Assembly (NCBI GenBank): GCA_021613535.1 | Contig: CP075494.1 | Location: 10,106,001 to 10,170,000, forward strand | Direction of reading: 5' to 3' | DNA length: 64,000 bases | From: Adineta vaga | Lineage: Eukaryota > Animalia > Rotifera | Shown: positions 61,101 to 64,000 of the stretch, one piece after another | Numbering within the stretch: the first letter of the stretch is position 1 | Layout: every line of letters begins with the position of its first letter | Notes under the pieces: model-generated | What the model saw: the letters and a program-made list of their open reading frames with translations, nothing else | Databases searched by the model: none | What the model was told of the DNA's origin: nothing | Translations under genes and position numbers: made by a program

Positions 61101-64000
61101 AAAGACAAACATTTAGGTATAGTATAACCCAACTTTGGAGAAGGAGAATAGTAAAGGTGCATAAGACTGAGAGATTCACGAAAGACAAACATTTAGGTAT
61201 AGTATAACCCAACTTTAGAGAAGGAGAATAGTACAGGTGCATAAGACTGATAGATTCACGAAAGACAAACATTTAGGTATAGTATAACGTAAGTTTAGAG
61301 AAGGAGAATAGTACAGGTGCATAAGACTGATAGATTAACGAAAGACAAACATTTAGGTATAGTATAACCCAACTTTAGAGAAGGAGAATAGTAAAGGTGC
61401 ATAAGACTGATAGATTCACGAAAGACAAACATTTAGGTATAGTATAAACCAACTTTGGAGAAGGAGAATAGTAAAGGTGAATCTGAATGATAGACTCGCG
61501 AAAGACAAACATTTAGGTATAGTATAACCCAACTTTGGAGAAGCAGAATAGTAAAGGTGCATAAGACTGATAGATGCAAGAAAGACAAACATTTAGGTAT
61601 AGTATAACCCAACTTTAGAGATGGAGAATAGTACGGGTGTATCTGAGTGATAGATTCACGAAAGACAAACATTTAGGTATAGTATAACCCAACTTTAGAG
61701 AAGGAGAATAGTAAAGGTGCATAAGACTGATAGATTCACGAAAGACAAACATTTAGGTAAAGTATAACCCAACTTTAGAGAAGGAGAATAGAACAGGTAT
61801 ATTTGACTGATAGATTCGCCAAAGACAAACATTTAGGTATAGCATAACCCAACTTTAGGGAAGGAAAATAGTGCAGGTGAATCTGAATGATAGACTCGCG
61901 AAAGACAAACATTTAGGTATAGTATAACCCAACTTTAGGGAAGGAGAATAGTACAGGTGAAGCTGAATGATAGACTCGCGAAAGACAAACATTTAGGTAT
62001 AGCATAACCAAACTTTAGGGAAGGAGAATAGTACAGGTGCATAAGACTGATAGATTCACCAAAGACAAACATTTAGGTATAGTATAACCCAACTTTAGAG
62101 ATGGAGAATAGTACGTGTGTATCTGAGTGATAGATTCACGAAAGACAAACATTTAGGTATAGTATAACCCAACTTTGGAGAAGGAGAATAGTAAAGGTGC
62201 ATAAGACTGATAGATTCACGAAAGACAAACATTTAGGTATAGTATAACCCAACTTTGGAGAAGGAGAATAGTAAAGGTGCATAAGACTGATAGATTCACG
62301 AAAGACAAACATTTAGGTATAGTATAACCCAACTTTGGAGAAGGAGAATAGTAAAGGTGCATAAGACTGATAGATTCACGAAAGACAAACATTTAGGTAT
62401 AGTATAAACCAACTTTGGAGAAGGAGAATAGTAAAGGTGCATAAGACTGATAGATTCACGAAAGACAAACATTTAGGTATAGTATAACCCAACTTTGGAG
62501 AAGGAGAATAGTAAAGGTGCATAAGACTGATAGATTCACGAAAGACAAACATTTAGGTATAGTATAAACCAACTTTGGAGAAGGAGAATAGTAAAGGTGC
62601 ATAAGACTGAGAGATTCACGAAAGACAAACATTTAGGTACAGTATAACCCAACTTTAGGGAAGGAGAATAGTACAGGTGAATCTGAATGATAGACTCGCG
62701 AAAGACAAACATTCAGGTATAGTATAACCCAACTTTAGAGAAGGAGAATAGTACGGGTGTATCTGAGTGATAGATTCACGAGAGACAAACATTTAGGTAT
62801 AGTATAACCCAACTTTAGAGACGCAGAATAGTAAAGGTGAATCTGAATGATCGATTCACGAAAGACAAACATTTAGGTACAGTATAACCCAACTTTAGAG
62901 ACGCAGAATAGTAAAGGTGAATCTGAATGATCGATTCACGAAAGACAAACATTTAGGTACAGTATAACCCAACTTTAGAGACGCAGAATAGTAAAGGTGC
63001 ATAAGACTGATAGATTCACGAAAGACAAACATTTAGGTACAGTATAACCCAACTTTAGAGACGCAGAATAGTAAAGGTGAATCTGAATGATCGATTCACG
63101 AAAGACAAACATTTAGGTATAGTATAACCCAACTTTAGAGAAGGAGAATAGTACGGGTGTATCTGAGTGATAGATTCACGAGAGACAAACATTTAGGTAT
63201 AGTATAACCCAACTTTAGAGACGCAGAATAGTAAAGGTGAATCTGAATGATCGATTCACGAAAGACAAACATTTAGGTACAGTATAACCCAACTTTAGAG
63301 ACGCAGAATAGTAAAGGTGAATCTGAATGATCGATTCACGAAAGACAAACATTTAGGTACAGTATAACCCAACTTTAGGGAAGGAGAATAGTACAGGTGA
63401 AGCTGAATGATCGCTTCACGAAAGACAAACATTTAGGTATAGTATAACCCAACTTTAGAGACGCAGAATAGTAAAGGTGAATCAGAATGATCGATTCACC
63501 AAAGACAAACATTTAGGTATAGTATAACGCAACTTTAGAGAAGGAGAATAGTACGGGTGTATCTGAGTGATCGATTCACGAAAGACAAACATTTAGGTAT
63601 AGTATAACCCAACTTTAGAGACGCAGAATAGTAAAGGTGAATCTGAATGATCGATTCACGAGAGACAAACATTTAGGTATAGTATAACCCAACTTTAGAG
63701 ACGCAGAATAGTAAACGTGAATCTGAGTGATCGATTCACCAAAGACAAACATTTAGGTATAGTATAACGTAAGTTTAGAGAAGGAGAATAGTACGGGTGT
63801 ATCTGAGTGATAGATTCATGAAAGACAAACATTTAGGTATAGTATAACCCAACTTTGGAGAAGGAGAATAGTACAGGTGAATCAGAATGATCGATTCACC
63901 AAAGACAAACATTTAGGTATAGTATAACCCAACTTTGGAGAAGGAGAATAGTAAAGGTGCATAAGACTGATAGATTCACGAAAGACAAACATTTAGGTAT
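49171..64000. repeat. 80-bp satellite array, about 185 copies, continuing past window end
   Basis: Consensus CAAACATTTAGGTATAGTATAACCCAACTTTAGAGAAGGAGAATAGTAAAGGTGCATAAGACTGATAGATTCACGAAAGA; units start at 49171, 49251, 49331 and so on. Confidence 0.99.

Noticed and set aside
52378-61672. ORFs MFVFRES... within the satellite
   Set aside because: Chance open frames in an 80-bp repeat whose length is not a multiple of 3.
49171-64000. CRISPR-like look (36-bp constant part plus 44-bp variable part)
   Set aside because: The variable parts are near-identical alleles of one sequence, not unique spacers. There are no cas genes and the context is eukaryotic.

Overview
This is AT-rich eukaryotic animal DNA with many short (about 50-60 bp) GT-AG introns. 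Gene content, intron style and a Hebe-like LINE suggest a bdelloid rotifer such as Adineta (inference). The window has three zones. (1) 1-42 kb is a gene-dense block of about 17 genes: chondroitin synthase, Na/K-ATPase beta, a CCAP-like neuropeptide precursor, PP2C, an ASK1-like MAP3K, ribophorin I, a class B GPCR, a USP35/38-like deubiquitinase, a CH-domain tail-anchored protein, SF3A2, ATP12, SLC35D, a signal-peptide C2H2 protein, a ~1,690-aa sacsin-type GHKL ATPase with a C-terminal Wss1-like HExxH protease (probably of fungal origin), an FSPRLamide precursor and two orphan membrane proteins. (2) 43.5-48.7 kb holds a full-length jockey-clade LINE with a 12-bp target-site duplication, poly(A) tail, internal Inr+DPE promoter and a 72-bp 3'UTR repeat; each of its ORFs carries a 1-bp frameshift. 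(3) 49.2-64 kb is an 80-bp satellite array of about 185 copies that runs off the window end, with dyad-symmetric motifs and higher-order structure. Exon boundaries were read by eye and are approximate; family assignments come from motif recognition, not database searches.
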